A stretch of DNA of 64,000 bases from Fibrobacteria bacterium (lineage in GTDB: Bacteria; Fibrobacterota; Fibrobacteria; UBA11236; JADFYW01). Positions 10,202-20,380 of the stretch are shown here, piece after piece. Every line of letters starts with the position of its first letter. Positions within the stretch are counted from its first letter, which is position 1. The stretch is taken from contig JBNKOC010000004.1 in NCBI GenBank assembly GCA_050294405.1, positions 143,872 through 207,871 on the forward strand, given 5' to 3'. The position numbers were made by a program, and so were the translations under genes. The notes under the pieces are model-generated. The model was given only the letters and a program-made list of their open reading frames with translations, searched no databases and was not told where the DNA came from.

Positions 10202-10495
10202 CTATTCAATTTTTGGAGCCCTATTAAGGCCCGCCTTTTTTACTCGTAACTTCCAATACACAAGCACAATGACAACATCTAAAACAGCCGACAACAAAAA
10301 AGCCAATATTGCCTGAATTTGGAACCAATTTTCCGTAAACACATAGGCGCCCAAATTAGCCGCAGCGAAGAGCAGCCAGGAAACCCAGCTAACCCCTTCA
10401 ATCTTTTTCTCCTTCAAAATTTGCAACAATTGAAGCAGAGTAGATCCCGGTAAAATGACAGCAGGTACCCAACCTGCCATTTCGCTAATGGTCAT
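10202..10495 (-). CDS. PQ-loop/SemiSWEET-like 3-TM membrane protein
   Basis: Three hydrophobic helices; LLQL....K...GVSW.SW pattern. Confidence 0.6.
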   Translation of the reverse strand: MTISEMAGWVPAVILPGSTLLQLLQILKEKKIEGVSWVSWLLFAAANLGAYVFTENWFQIQAILAFLLSAVLDVVIVLVYWKLRVKKAGLNRAPKIE

Positions 10496-10593
10496 AGAAA
10501 ATCCTATCTCTTATCAATATAGTATGTTGAGATGTATTTTTTACAGGCAATAGCTGTCAAATTGACTTTAAGCCCAAAAGCGGGGGCGCCAGT

Positions 10594-11457
10594 TTAAATT
10601 ATTTTGGGCGCTTCGTTAAATCGCAATTTCAACGTTTGAGATAAAAGCGATTTAAAAAAGATTTCCTGTTTGCTTTGCCCAGACAGTTTATAGGCATGAA
10701 CCAGGTTTCTAAGTAAACGGGTAATAATAACATTCACCGGAGCGGTGTTGTAGAAAAGGGTGTGGTATTTTTCAAATTGAAAGAGTTTGATATTTGGCAA
10801 ATCCAACTCCGAAATAACCTTTCCCTCATTAAAACAGTCAATAAAATAGGTATCGCCTTTGTAAACAGTGCGGGTAATAAAGTGTCCGGGGATATTGCAG
10901 CCATATATTTCCATTCCCAAACGTCGGCCAACCAGCATAAACAAGCAACTTAAAGAAATGGGAATTCCCAATTTTTCCTGAATAACATATCCCATATTAC
11001 TGTTTCGGGGGTTGTAGAAATCATTGGAATTTCCGGTATAGCCCATATCTTTAAACAAAAATTCGTTCAATTCCAAAGGATCGCTGTTTGCGCTTAGAGC
11101 CCTGAATTTTCGGGCTAAATTATCCAGCTCTCCCTCAATTCCACCGGGAATTAAATAATCATTTTGATATTCGCAAATGGCATTTAGCGAAGCTTCTAAC
11201 CTTTTATTTTCCGGCAAGTCCGCAAATATAGATTTCCAGTTTGTTTTTATTTTTGCTGCGGTAAACTCGTGTTCAATTCCAGTTAAAATTTTTTCCTGGT
11301 TATGGGACAATAATAATGTTTGCTCTTTTATTTTTTCTCTTAGACTCAAGCCGTATTTTTTTAACTCCCTTGTTACATGTAACTTAACCACAGGAGAATC
11401 ATCGTCCATTAGTTTTATTAGGAAAGGAAGGTCTAATTTTGATTTTTGCTTTTCCAT
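10594..11457 (-). CDS. SirB1/transglutaminase-like core protein
   Basis: GYTGN..DFYNPRNS...V...KLGIPISL, PGHF and IITRLLRNL. Confidence 0.85.
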   Translation of the reverse strand: MEKQKSKLDLPFLIKLMDDDSPVVKLHVTRELKKYGLSLREKIKEQTLLLSHNQEKILTGIEHEFTAAKIKTNWKSIFADLPENKRLEASLNAICEYQNDYLIPGGIEGELDNLARKFRALSANSDPLELNEFLFKDMGYTGNSNDFYNPRNSNMGYVIQEKLGIPISLSCLFMLVGRRLGMEIYGCNIPGHFITRTVYKGDTYFIDCFNEGKVISELDLPNIKLFQFEKYHTLFYNTAPVNVIITRLLRNLVHAYKLSGQSKQEIFFKSLLSQTLKLRFNEAPKII

Positions 11458-11517
11458 AACTTCCAGGCTTTATTCTTATATAAAAATAGATTTTGCTTCT
11501 TCGAATAAAAAAGTTTT

Positions 11518-11970
11518 TTATGTAATATTTGTATTTGGTTTTAGTTTATATACAGTAAACCATACATCCTTTCCAAAAAAGCTCAACTCCCACAAAGCGC
11601 CAATTAGGGAAACTTTAGATTCTTGAACTTCAACCTTCTCAATAGGCCAACCCGGAAGAGTTTCAAAACCCACCTCTCCGGCTTCCCAATTCCAGTTTTC
11701 CACAGCCTTGGCCTCCATTAAATAGCTACCCTGATTTAATCCATCTTTGAGAAAAAATTCAAAAATAAGGCTGTCACCATTTTTAGCAGGGGTTGCCGAT
11801 TTTTTACCAAAATAAGCTTTTTTAAGAATATTGGAAAGCTGCGCCAAATTTTTGTCCTTAAAATGGTACACCATAGCCAGGTCATCTTTTGGAATTTTCA
11901 TTAGGCTAAATATAAACTCCGAAAAAATATTTTTGAGTTTTTTAATGAAAATTACAGAATTACCCGCCAA
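11518..11970 (-). CDS. Hypothetical protein (true start may be a downstream Met)
   Basis: ORF fills the gap between neighbours; no recognised motif. Confidence 0.5.
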   Translation of the reverse strand: MAGNSVIFIKKLKNIFSEFIFSLMKIPKDDLAMVYHFKDKNLAQLSNILKKAYFGKKSATPAKNGDSLIFEFFLKDGLNQGSYLMEAKAVENWNWEAGEVGFETLPGWPIEKVEVQESKVSLIGALWELSFFGKDVWFTVYKLKPNTNIT

Positions 11971-12030
11971 ATGGTGGTAAAATATCCTTGTTTTTAATTT
12001 TAGAATTAGCGTTCATTAAAAAATAATAAA

Positions 12031-14268
12031 ATGGATTTATTTAGAAGTAACTTAAAATTTTCTTCCTTTAAAAAGAGCAATGTCAGTTCTAATTCGAACA
12101 TGGCAATCCCAAGGAAAGAAATCCAGCCTGCTAACATTGCAAACTATACAAATGTCGCCCAACCTATTTCTAGCATAGACCAATACCCAAACACCTACCC
12201 CATCCTTCCCGAGTCGGAAGCTGAAGGGGATTTTAGCATAAAAGAATACATTGGCATAATTTTACATCGCAAATACACGATGTTAGTAACTATTTTGCTT
12301 TTTCTTTTCGCGGGTTTCTTCACCCGCTTTGATTTCAAACCAGAATATATCAACAGTTCTAAAATCCGAATTCTGGAAATGAAGCCCACAGAAAACCCTC
12401 TCGAAAAAACCGTAAAACCATCTTCCAACCTATTAACTCCCCATTTAGATAACTTAAAGTCCACACCTTTTTTAACCAGTGTACTGCCCCTTTTAGACAC
12501 CAATATTTCAGTATTGCATCTAAAAAATATCTTTCGGGTTAAAGCAGATGAAAATTCAAAAACTATTGAAATATTTGTGCAAAGCAAAAACCCTGATTTT
12601 TCGGAAAAATTGGTATCCATTTTAGCCGCCGCCTATCAGGAATATGACTTATCCATTAAGCAAAATAGCCTTAGGGATTATGAAAATTGGCTAGAAGAAG
12701 AATTGGCCAAAAAAGAGCTGGAACTCAACGCTATTGATATTAATATTAAGAACTTTTTGGAAGCCAATCCTACTTTTTACAAAGATGGCAAAGCGGAAAT
12801 TGACCAGGCTCAAAATCAAATAGACCTAATCAATTTACAGCTGACGGAAATTGAAAAGGAAATCCAGCTGATTGGAAATGAGTTCGCTGCTACCGACTCC
12901 CAAATTTTAAGTGAAATAACTTACGACAAGCCTCTGCAAAAAGAGCTTTTAAATTTAAAATTGGAGCGTGCCAAGTTATTGTCCGTATATGGGCAAAATC
13001 ACCGTTCCATCCATCAAATTGATGATAAAATGCTATCCATCGCCAAACTCATTGAGGAACAGGCAGACAGCGAATCCAACACTTCTATTTTCATCAGCAA
13101 CCCCCGGTATTATGAAATACGTGATAAACATCAGCAGCTTAAAACCAAAAGAACTCTATTATTAACGCGAAAAAATGAAATAGAAGGTAAATTAGCAAGT
13201 TCTTCCGCTATGTTATCCGCAGCGCCCGAAATTGATATGCAGTTTGAACGGCTTAACCGAACCAAGGCCATGTCTGTTCAGGCCTTTACAACACTTAAAA
13301 ACAAACTGCAAGAAACCCAAATGATGAAATCCTCCATGCCAAAGGAAGTATTTGTCATGGAAAAAACAAACGGGCCCAGCAAGCGTATTCCCAAAAATCA
13401 TATTGGACTTTGGCAATCCTTGGGACTTGGTTTTGCCATTGGATTCATTCTTTGTTTGCTTATGGAAAAGCTCGATGGAACTATCCGAAAATCCATGGAG
13501 GTCAAATCGAAATTTGGAATCAACTTGCTTTCCATTATCCCGCACAGCCCGGAAAACAGAATACGGAATTTTGTAAAAGGCCAGCTCGTGTTAGGTGAGT
13601 CGGACTTGGAACCCTTTAGAAGGTTAACTGCAAACATCAATATAAAATCAGGCGTTGCCGTTGCACATCAACCCAGCACCCTTGTGACCAGTGCCTTACA
13701 AGGAGAAGGCAAAACCACCACTGCCGCCTATCTGGCCATAACAGCTGCTATGAAAGGCGAAAAAGTATTGTTAATTGATGCGGACTTAAGGAGAAGCAGT
13801 ATTCACAATTTATTTAACCTGGAAAACAAATCCGGCCTTTCTGAGTACCTCTTGGGTTTTGATGAGTATCACGACTGTATTCAAAAATCAAATACGCCAA
13901 ATCTTTTTGTAATGCCAGCCGGGCAGGAAAAATTAAGCCTTACCAAAAGTGTTTCCCAACTTAAGTTCCAGGATTTATTGCAAAAATCTTACAGAGAGTT
14001 TGATTCCGTGATAATCGACTCCCCTCCTACCCTTAAAGTTTCCGACTCCCTAATAATTGCCCCTATGGTATCCCAGGTTTTAATTGTTTTTCGAAGCGAA
14101 AAAACACCTTTTAAAGCCGGAGAAGAATTAATGCGCCAGCTGCAATACATCAATGCGAATGTGGCCGGATGTATATTAAACGATGTGTCTAAAGCCTTTT
14201 TTGATAGATACTATTACGACTATTATAATTACGGCTACTACGACTACCACTACGAAGCCAAAAGCTAG
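12031..14268 (+). CDS. Wzc-like polysaccharide co-polymerase / BY tyrosine kinase
   Basis: Two TM helices flanking a coiled coil; TSALQGEGKTT, IDADLRR and IIDSPP motifs; C-terminal Tyr cluster YYYDYYNYGYYDYHY. Confidence 0.92.
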   Translation: MDLFRSNLKFSSFKKSNVSSNSNMAIPRKEIQPANIANYTNVAQPISSIDQYPNTYPILPESEAEGDFSIKEYIGIILHRKYTMLVTILLFLFAGFFTRFDFKPEYINSSKIRILEMKPTENPLEKTVKPSSNLLTPHLDNLKSTPFLTSVLPLLDTNISVLHLKNIFRVKADENSKTIEIFVQSKNPDFSEKLVSILAAAYQEYDLSIKQNSLRDYENWLEEELAKKELELNAIDINIKNFLEANPTFYKDGKAEIDQAQNQIDLINLQLTEIEKEIQLIGNEFAATDSQILSEITYDKPLQKELLNLKLERAKLLSVYGQNHRSIHQIDDKMLSIAKLIEEQADSESNTSIFISNPRYYEIRDKHQQLKTKRTLLLTRKNEIEGKLASSSAMLSAAPEIDMQFERLNRTKAMSVQAFTTLKNKLQETQMMKSSMPKEVFVMEKTNGPSKRIPKNHIGLWQSLGLGFAIGFILCLLMEKLDGTIRKSMEVKSKFGINLLSIIPHSPENRIRNFVKGQLVLGESDLEPFRRLTANINIKSGVAVAHQPSTLVTSALQGEGKTTTAAYLAITAAMKGEKVLLIDADLRRSSIHNLFNLENKSGLSEYLLGFDEYHDCIQKSNTPNLFVMPAGQEKLSLTKSVSQLKFQDLLQKSYREFDSVIIDSPPTLKVSDSLIIAPMVSQVLIVFRSEKTPFKAGEELMRQLQYINANVAGCILNDVSKAFFDRYYYDYYNYGYYDYHYEAKS

Positions 14269-15056
14269 CCCTTAAGGCAGCATAACATCATTTTATAAAA
14301 GCCCGGGTATACCCTTTCCAGATAGCCTTTTGCATCGGTATTCCAGAGCCTTTGGGTTATTTGCAAATGGTCATTTGGTATTTCATAGGGCATTTTTTTT
14401 AAAAAAGGATCGTAGGGCAATTCTAAGGTTATAACCTTAGGGCTCCTAAATTTATTGAAGTTTAAAGTATAACCCGCCCACATTCCCAGTGAACCTTTTA
14501 TATCCTTGTCTGGGCGCAAATCCAAATTAGAGTTTCCCATAAGGGTCCTATAAAGGGGCTTATCGTCTGCGGGTAAAGATCTCCACATTTCAAATACTGT
14601 GGAGTTTGCATTGGGGGAATCCGCTTCAATGTAGGATAGAGCCCAATGTATATTAACAATGACATCGGGTTCCAATTGTTTTATTAATTCTCCCAGGACT
14701 TGCGACTCTCTTTCTGAGAAAGCTTTCTGTCCGTGTTTCCCACCGGGCTTAAATTCCCATAAACAGTTAAAATTGCGGTTTAAATCCACTCCTCGGACAT
14801 TTTCTCTTTGGTTTAACTCATAGCCCTCGGGGTTAGCAATAGGAACCGCGCCGACCACTGTATTATTTTGCAATGCACGTTTGGAAATATCTTCCATAAA
14901 ACGCGTCACAAGGGGAGGGCCTGCTCTCTCATCCCCATGTATGCCTGCAATAATTAAGCAGCTTGGAAAATGAACCGGGTAGCGCCAGTAGGCTGTTGAA
15001 AAAAACTCAAGAGGTTTACCACCAGAAGTGGTAGCGAGGGTTCTACACTCTAGCAC
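14265..15056 (-). CDS. M14 zinc carboxypeptidase, MpaA-like
   Basis: GIHGDE, NPEG...RENVRGVDLNRNF, NIH and TLELP motifs. Confidence 0.8.
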   Translation of the reverse strand: MLECRTLATTSGGKPLEFFSTAYWRYPVHFPSCLIIAGIHGDERAGPPLVTRFMEDISKRALQNNTVVGAVPIANPEGYELNQRENVRGVDLNRNFNCLWEFKPGGKHGQKAFSERESQVLGELIKQLEPDVIVNIHWALSYIEADSPNANSTVFEMWRSLPADDKPLYRTLMGNSNLDLRPDKDIKGSLGMWAGYTLNFNKFRSPKVITLELPYDPFLKKMPYEIPNDHLQITQRLWNTDAKGYLERVYPGFYKMMLCCLKG

Positions 15057-15358
15057 AATTCAAATTGGATGGGCTTTCCTCGGGAAAACTGATCTACCAA
15101 CTCGGCTATTTCCCCCTTTAATTTTGCATCGAGGCGCAAAAATTGTACACCCACTTTACACCCACCCACTTGTTCCCGGCAATAAATAACTCTTGCGGAA
15201 AGTTTATGGCTATTGAGCAGAAGGTTTATTTCACCACCTTCTTTAAGGGATTTTTTACTTAAAAAAGCGGCTCCACTTTCACTTAAATCTTTTAGCCCAA
15301 AGGGCTCTAAATGGTCTGGTTTTAAAAACTCAATTCGATCGCTGCGTTTTTGGGGCAT
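15050..15358 (-). CDS. Stand-alone PilZ domain protein
   Basis: KRSDR (RxxR-like) and DLSESG (DxSxxG) motifs, GVQF. Confidence 0.8.
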   Translation of the reverse strand: MPQKRSDRIEFLKPDHLEPFGLKDLSESGAAFLSKKSLKEGGEINLLLNSHKLSARVIYCREQVGGCKVGVQFLRLDAKLKGEIAELVDQFSRGKPIQFELC

Positions 15359-15426
15359 TTCTTATTCCTTAATTGAACCACCCTATCATTGTACTATTTG
15401 AATTTAAAACTTTGGGATGACAATTA

Positions 15427-15478
15427 TGAAAAAAATTCTAAAAAGGGGAAAAATTTTCCTGGGAGGAATAAAATTCCT
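15427..15478 (+). promoter_or_regulatory. Three GAA-N5-TTC palindromes, candidate enhancer-binding-protein sites
   Basis: TGAAAAAAATTCT (15427), GGAAAAATTTTCC (15447) and AGGAATAAAATTCCT (15464), about 65-115 bp upstream of a sigma54 motif. Confidence 0.4.
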
Positions 15479-15540
15479 ATGCTCCCTATTCTTGTTATCG
15501 GTAATTTCCTTAAATTCCTTAAAAAAATAAAGCATTTTTT

Positions 15541-15557
15541 TTGGAACAGGGTTTGCA
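15541..15557 (+). promoter_or_regulatory. Sigma54 (-24/-12) promoter of flgB
   Basis: TTGGAACAGGGTTTGCA: GG-N10-GC spacing with a TTGCA -12 box. Confidence 0.7.
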
Positions 15558-15570
15558 TTGCTTAAACAGC

Positions 15571-15990
15571 ATGGATTTAAGAAGTTACTTATTTGGTGGA
15601 TTTACCAGGCAAGCCGTATATAAAAGCCTGGATGCCAGCGCCATGAGAGACCGCGCCATTTCTCAAAACCTGGCCAATGTTTCCACACCCGGATACCGCA
15701 GAAAAGAAGTCTCTTTTGAAGAAGAATTGAAAAAAGTAATGGAATTAAAATTAACCGGAAAAACCACAGACCCGGCCCATCTGGAAATATCCAAACTGGC
15801 CGAATTAAAGAAAACCGAAGCCTATGTATACGAGGCCAATGACCCAACTCTCCCGGGTGAAGTTAACAATGTGGATGTGGATATCGAGGCCTCAAAGATG
15901 GCCGAAAACCAAATATTTTACAACTACACCTTAAAATTTGCCGGGTTCAACGGATTTAATGCAGCCATAACCGGGCAGCCATCTCAATAA
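15571..15990 (+). CDS. flgB: Flagellar basal-body rod protein FlgB
   Basis: ISQNLANVSTPGYRRKEVSF and NNVDVDIE...MAENQ motifs. ATG 15571 preferred because TTG 15541 lies inside the promoter motif. Confidence 0.92.
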   Translation: MDLRSYLFGGFTRQAVYKSLDASAMRDRAISQNLANVSTPGYRRKEVSFEEELKKVMELKLTGKTTDPAHLEISKLAELKKTEAYVYEANDPTLPGEVNNVDVDIEASKMAENQIFYNYTLKFAGFNGFNAAITGQPSQ

Positions 15991-16028
15991 AACCCATAGT
16001 CTTGGGAAAAAATGATTAAATTAAGGCC

Positions 16029-16538
16029 ATGTTAGCTTTATTATTAGTCATTTTATTAATGCTGGCTTCATTAGGCCTCATGATTTTAAGCGTATCGCCG
16101 CTGTTTTTACAAGCCATCATAGCCACCGCATACATACTACTCGGAGGCTCTTACTTAAGCTGGCCCTTTGTTATTTTTGTGTGGCTTCTGGCCGCCTTTG
16201 CGGAATTTATAGAATTTTATGCCGGGTATAGGGGAGCAAAAAAAGCCAAGGCCTCTAAACGGGGAGCATGGGGAGCTCTGATTGGAGGAATTGCGGGCTC
16301 TATCTTAGGCACTCCACTATCACCACTGGGGCCCATTGCCGGAGCATTTATAGGAACATACATAGGCTGTCTTCTCTTAGAGATAACAGCCAAAACCACG
16401 TTTAAAACAGCCCATGTTATCGGATGGAAAGCGACCCTGGCCAAGGTTTGGGGAACCGCCTTTAAGCTTTCCTTTGCCATTGCCACAGTGTTTGCCACGG
16501 CTATATATGGATTTTGGAAATGGTTTCAGGCAAGTTAG
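16029..16538 (+). CDS. DUF456-like membrane protein
   Basis: GAKKAKASKRGAWGALIGGIAG motif; several TM segments. Confidence 0.8.
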   Translation: MLALLLVILLMLASLGLMILSVSPLFLQAIIATAYILLGGSYLSWPFVIFVWLLAAFAEFIEFYAGYRGAKKAKASKRGAWGALIGGIAGSILGTPLSPLGPIAGAFIGTYIGCLLLEITAKTTFKTAHVIGWKATLAKVWGTAFKLSFAIATVFATAIYGFWKWFQAS

Positions 16539-16561
16539 GAATCCGCCGGATTTAAGTTTTG

Positions 16562-17830
16562 CTATGGCAACTTGCTCAGAGCTTTTTCAAAGTCTTCCAA
16601 TAAATCTTCTGTATCTTCTATGCCTACGGAAAGCCGAATCAAAGAATCGTCTATGCCCATGGACTTACGCCTTTCAGCTCCCATTTCAAAGAATATAGTG
16701 TGGGCCACTGGAATGGCTAAGGTGCGGTTATCACCCAGGTTACTGGATATAACTACCAATTTTAAATGGTTAAGCAGCCCCATGCAATCCAGGCCTTCTA
16801 CAAGTTCAAAACTTAAAAGAGCCCCTGATTTTTTAAACAATTCATTGGCCAAATTATGCTGAGGGTGGCTAGGAAGGCCAGGGTAATTCACCTTTTTTAT
16901 TTTTGGGTGGTCGTTTAAAAACTCAGCCAGCGCCTGGGCATTATCGGTGGAGCGCTCCATGCGAAGAGCCAGGGTCTCTGAGCCCAAAGCTATCCGATGT
17001 GCATCTTCGGGGCTCATGGCTGCTCCAAAATCCCTTAAACCTTTTTTACGAATTTGAACCAAAGCCCACTTTTTAGGGGGCTGGCTTTTATATATATCTA
17101 AGATGTTTGGGAAGTTTTCCCAATTAAAAAGGCCCGTGTCGCTAATTCCTCCACCGAGGGCGTCTCCATGACCGCCTATGTATTTGGTGAGAGAATTTAC
17201 AACCAAACTCGCCCCTACATTTTTGGGCTGAAACAAGTAAGGAGATGTCATGGTGTTATCCACCAGATACACAATGGATTTTTCTTTACAAAGCTTTCCA
17301 ATAGCTTTTAAATCGGCAATCTGAGTTACCGGGTTAGCAATAGTTTCTACCAGCACCAACTTAGTGGAAGGTTTTATGGCATCAGATACATTATTAACTT
17401 TTGTGGCATCTACAAAATCAATGTCAACTCCAATACCCTGCATGGTATTCAACAAACTATTGGTGTTTCCAAATAAAAAAGAACTGGAAACAATATGGTC
17501 TCCCTTTTTAAGCAAGGCCAAACAAATTGCGCCAATGGCTGCCATACCTGTGGAAAAAACAAGGCTCCCCACAGAGTTTTCCATGGTGGTTAATTTTTCT
17601 TCAAGAGCCGTCAATGTGGGATTACCCTGACGGCCATATGCATAGCCACTCGCTTTACCCTGAAATACAGCAGCCAGATCCTCCGCTTTTTCATATCCGA
17701 AAGCAACGGATGTATGTATGGGTTTGTGAAGGGAGCCATGTTCGGGCCCTCCCACTCTATCCGAATGAAGTATTTTTGTAGTTATGCCCAAATTAGGGGA
17801 ATTTAAGTCTTGTTTTTCCATGAAAGCCAA
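16562..17830 (-). CDS. Cystathionine gamma-synthase / O-acylhomoserine sulfhydrylase family PLP enzyme
   Basis: YGRQGNPT, VDNT, SLTKYIGGHGD (PLP Lys) and IRLSVGIED motifs. Confidence 0.92.
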   Translation of the reverse strand: MAFMEKQDLNSPNLGITTKILHSDRVGGPEHGSLHKPIHTSVAFGYEKAEDLAAVFQGKASGYAYGRQGNPTLTALEEKLTTMENSVGSLVFSTGMAAIGAICLALLKKGDHIVSSSFLFGNTNSLLNTMQGIGVDIDFVDATKVNNVSDAIKPSTKLVLVETIANPVTQIADLKAIGKLCKEKSIVYLVDNTMTSPYLFQPKNVGASLVVNSLTKYIGGHGDALGGGISDTGLFNWENFPNILDIYKSQPPKKWALVQIRKKGLRDFGAAMSPEDAHRIALGSETLALRMERSTDNAQALAEFLNDHPKIKKVNYPGLPSHPQHNLANELFKKSGALLSFELVEGLDCMGLLNHLKLVVISSNLGDNRTLAIPVAHTIFFEMGAERRKSMGIDDSLIRLSVGIEDTEDLLEDFEKALSKLP

Positions 17831-17910
17831 CCGAAATTTTAATTAGTAGAATTTAAAGATATTAATTTTTAAGCAAAGAGCCCCGTACTGGAAGGTTTAT
17901 AAACACAAAA

Positions 17911-18882
17911 ATGGATAAATCCAAAAAAATACTAATCACTCTGGGAGATGCAGCTGGAATTGGGCCAGAAGTTATTGTAAAAACCTTGTCCCAAATCAGC
18001 CCTGAAGAACAGCAAAATATTGAAATTTTAGGTGAAATCTGGCCACTGGAATTAGAAGCCACCCGGCTTGGCCTTTCCCTGGAATTTAGCACTGCCTTTG
18101 AGGAAAACAGCAAAAAAATCAAGGTAAGAGAGTTTGGTTTGCTAAGTTCAAAAATGATAACCCAAGGTCAAATAAATCCTAAGGCCGGAAATGCAGCCTA
18201 TCATTATTTCGTAGAAGCTATCGAACAATGTGAGGAAAAAAAGGCGGCCGCTATTGTAACCGCCCCTATTCATAAAGAGGCCTTAAACCTGGCCGGGCAC
18301 AATTTTTTAGGACACACAGATATTCTGGAAAAAAAACTAAGCACTCCTACCGTTATGTCTCTTTGGCACCCAAAGTTTATTGTTTCCCATGTATCAGACC
18401 ACGTGCCTCTTAAAGAGGCCATAAACATGGTAACCGCCAAGCGATTAACCCATGTTATTGAACAAACCCGCAATAGTCTTGTTAAAATGGGGATAAAAAA
18501 ACCTGTTATTGCTGTTGCCGGATTAAACCCCCATGCCGGAGAAAATGGAATTTTAGGGCGGGAAGAAATCGATATTATTATTCCCTGTTTAGAGAGACTA
18601 AGAGAAAAAGGCTACAAAATAATAGGGCCGGTAAGCGGAGACACCATGTATTATTCCGCCTTAAAAGGAAGCTATCAGGGATTAATAGCAATGTATCACG
18701 ATCAGGGATTTGCTCCCATGAAAACTATTGATATGCCCAATTGCGTCAATTTCACCTTGGGGCTACCTTTTGTGAGAACCTCTCCCGACCACGGCACCGC
18801 TTTTGACCTGGCCGGAAAGGGATCCGCCGACGCCAGTTCCATGTTATCAGCTTTAAAGCTAGCCCAAAAATTAATCGCCTAA
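17911..18882 (+). CDS. pdxA: 4-hydroxythreonine-4-phosphate dehydrogenase family
   Basis: GDAAGIGPE, GHT, GLNPHAGE, AMYHDQG and RTSPDHGTAFD motifs. Confidence 0.93.
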   Translation: MDKSKKILITLGDAAGIGPEVIVKTLSQISPEEQQNIEILGEIWPLELEATRLGLSLEFSTAFEENSKKIKVREFGLLSSKMITQGQINPKAGNAAYHYFVEAIEQCEEKKAAAIVTAPIHKEALNLAGHNFLGHTDILEKKLSTPTVMSLWHPKFIVSHVSDHVPLKEAINMVTAKRLTHVIEQTRNSLVKMGIKKPVIAVAGLNPHAGENGILGREEIDIIIPCLERLREKGYKIIGPVSGDTMYYSALKGSYQGLIAMYHDQGFAPMKTIDMPNCVNFTLGLPFVRTSPDHGTAFDLAGKGSADASSMLSALKLAQKLIA

Positions 18883-19565
18883 TCAGCTGCCATTTTTAGC
18901 ATTTGATCTTTAAAATTTTGAGTTGCCTTGCTGATGTTACTGGATTTAAAAATAGCCGAGCCCGCAACAATAACATTGGCTCCTGCTTCAATCGCCTCAT
19001 GGACATTATCCGCCTTCCAGCCCCCATCCACTTCAATGTCGATTTCTTTGCCTAAGGCATCCACTTTGCTTTTTAACTGTCGCACCTTGTCCAGACAATA
19101 GGGCAACAGTTTTTGCCCTCCAAAGCCGGGATTAACGGTCATAATCAATACCAAATCCAATTTGGGAAGAATAGCATCCAATACATCCACGGAGGTGGAC
19201 GGGTTTAAGGAAATTCCCGGACGCATACCCAAATCAATAATTTGCTGAATGGAAGCATCCAAATGGGTAACAGCCTCATAATGTATGGTAACCCCCCCTA
19301 CCCCATACTTTGCAAATTGTTCATAATATATTTCGGGATGGTACACCATTAAGTGGCTGTCCAGATATATGGAGCTGTTTTTGCGAACAGCTTCAACCAC
19401 AAGCGGCCCAAAGGTTAAGTTTGGCACATAGTTTCCGTCCATAATATCCAAATGGATAAAATCAGCCCCGCCGTTTTCCGCCGCCTTCAATTGTTCCGCT
19501 AAATTGGAAAAGTCCGCACTGAGAATGCTCGGAGCAAGTTTTAATCTGTTTGCCGGATATGCCAT
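18879..19565 (-). CDS. rpe: Ribulose-phosphate 3-epimerase
   Basis: APSILSADF, HLDIMDG, MTVNPGFGGQ and EVDGG motifs. Confidence 0.97.
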   Translation of the reverse strand: MAYPANRLKLAPSILSADFSNLAEQLKAAENGGADFIHLDIMDGNYVPNLTFGPLVVEAVRKNSSIYLDSHLMVYHPEIYYEQFAKYGVGGVTIHYEAVTHLDASIQQIIDLGMRPGISLNPSTSVDVLDAILPKLDLVLIMTVNPGFGGQKLLPYCLDKVRQLKSKVDALGKEIDIEVDGGWKADNVHEAIEAGANVIVAGSAIFKSSNISKATQNFKDQMLKMAAD

Positions 19566-19579
19566 AAATACTACCTATA

Positions 19580-20332
19580 TTAAAAAAGAAAAATATTCTT
19601 CTTTTGCAAAATGCTCAAAAAATCATCGGTCAATTCCGCTGAAATACCGTAAATATTTTCCACTGTATTTATAAAATCATTTTTATTTAGCTTTTGCATT
19701 TGAGAACCATTAACTGTCCTCACCATTAAATTGGATTTTTGCAAATAATACTGTTTTTCCCCAATTAATTTGTTTAGCACCGGGTAATCCATCATTTCAA
19801 AATAAAAAGAGGACTTCCAATAATTAAAAAACTCCTCCTCGCTAAGCGGCCTTAGATCAAATAAAAACCGAAAGTTGAAATTTCCCGGGCGGCCTGTGAA
19901 CAGCTTCAACCCAGCTTCACTCACTGCATTTTCCAAAAAAACTCCGTTGGGCCGAATTTCAAAAAAAAGGCCTGAGCCTTGAGGCGGGACATGCAGAGCT
20001 TCGAAGATCATATATCCCGGGTCCATCAAATATTTTTTGTTGGCGTAGTCCATTATAAGGCCACAGTGGATATTTTTCTTTTGGCCCTTATGTGCAGTAA
20101 CATAGTAACAGGGATAACCCAGCCCTTCCAGTTTTTCTTTTAAGCTAAAGGTAAGGGAATAGCAAGTACCTCCCGCCCCCAATTCCAAAGCTTTTCGCTG
20201 GAGTTTTTCCGTAGTATCCAATACCTCATTCCACTGAGGGTTTTTCCAAAAAGCCACAATTTTGCTGAGGTTTTCGTAGGGTATTTGCTTTAAATCAAGC
20301 AAAGCCTGTTTTACATCAAGGGGTAATTCCAC
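19580..20332 (-). CDS. Arylamine N-acetyltransferase-like protein
   Basis: GGTCYSL (Cys), IHCGL (His) and MDPG (Asp) catalytic triad pattern. Confidence 0.75.
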   Translation of the reverse strand: MELPLDVKQALLDLKQIPYENLSKIVAFWKNPQWNEVLDTTEKLQRKALELGAGGTCYSLTFSLKEKLEGLGYPCYYVTAHKGQKKNIHCGLIMDYANKKYLMDPGYMIFEALHVPPQGSGLFFEIRPNGVFLENAVSEAGLKLFTGRPGNFNFRFLFDLRPLSEEEFFNYWKSSFYFEMMDYPVLNKLIGEKQYYLQKSNLMVRTVNGSQMQKLNKNDFINTVENIYGISAELTDDFLSILQKKNIFLF

Positions 20333-20380
20333 AGGGAAAATATAACAAGGGGCGATAAGAAATCGAAATGAAGGAAAAAA

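Noticed and set aside
15541..15570. Track starts for flgB (15541); likewise thrH (33316), amidohydrolase (41481), yajC (61646) and methyltransferase (62682)
   Set aside because: The extensions overlap a promoter, neighbouring genes or a tRNA, or add no family-like sequence; downstream ATGs fit better.
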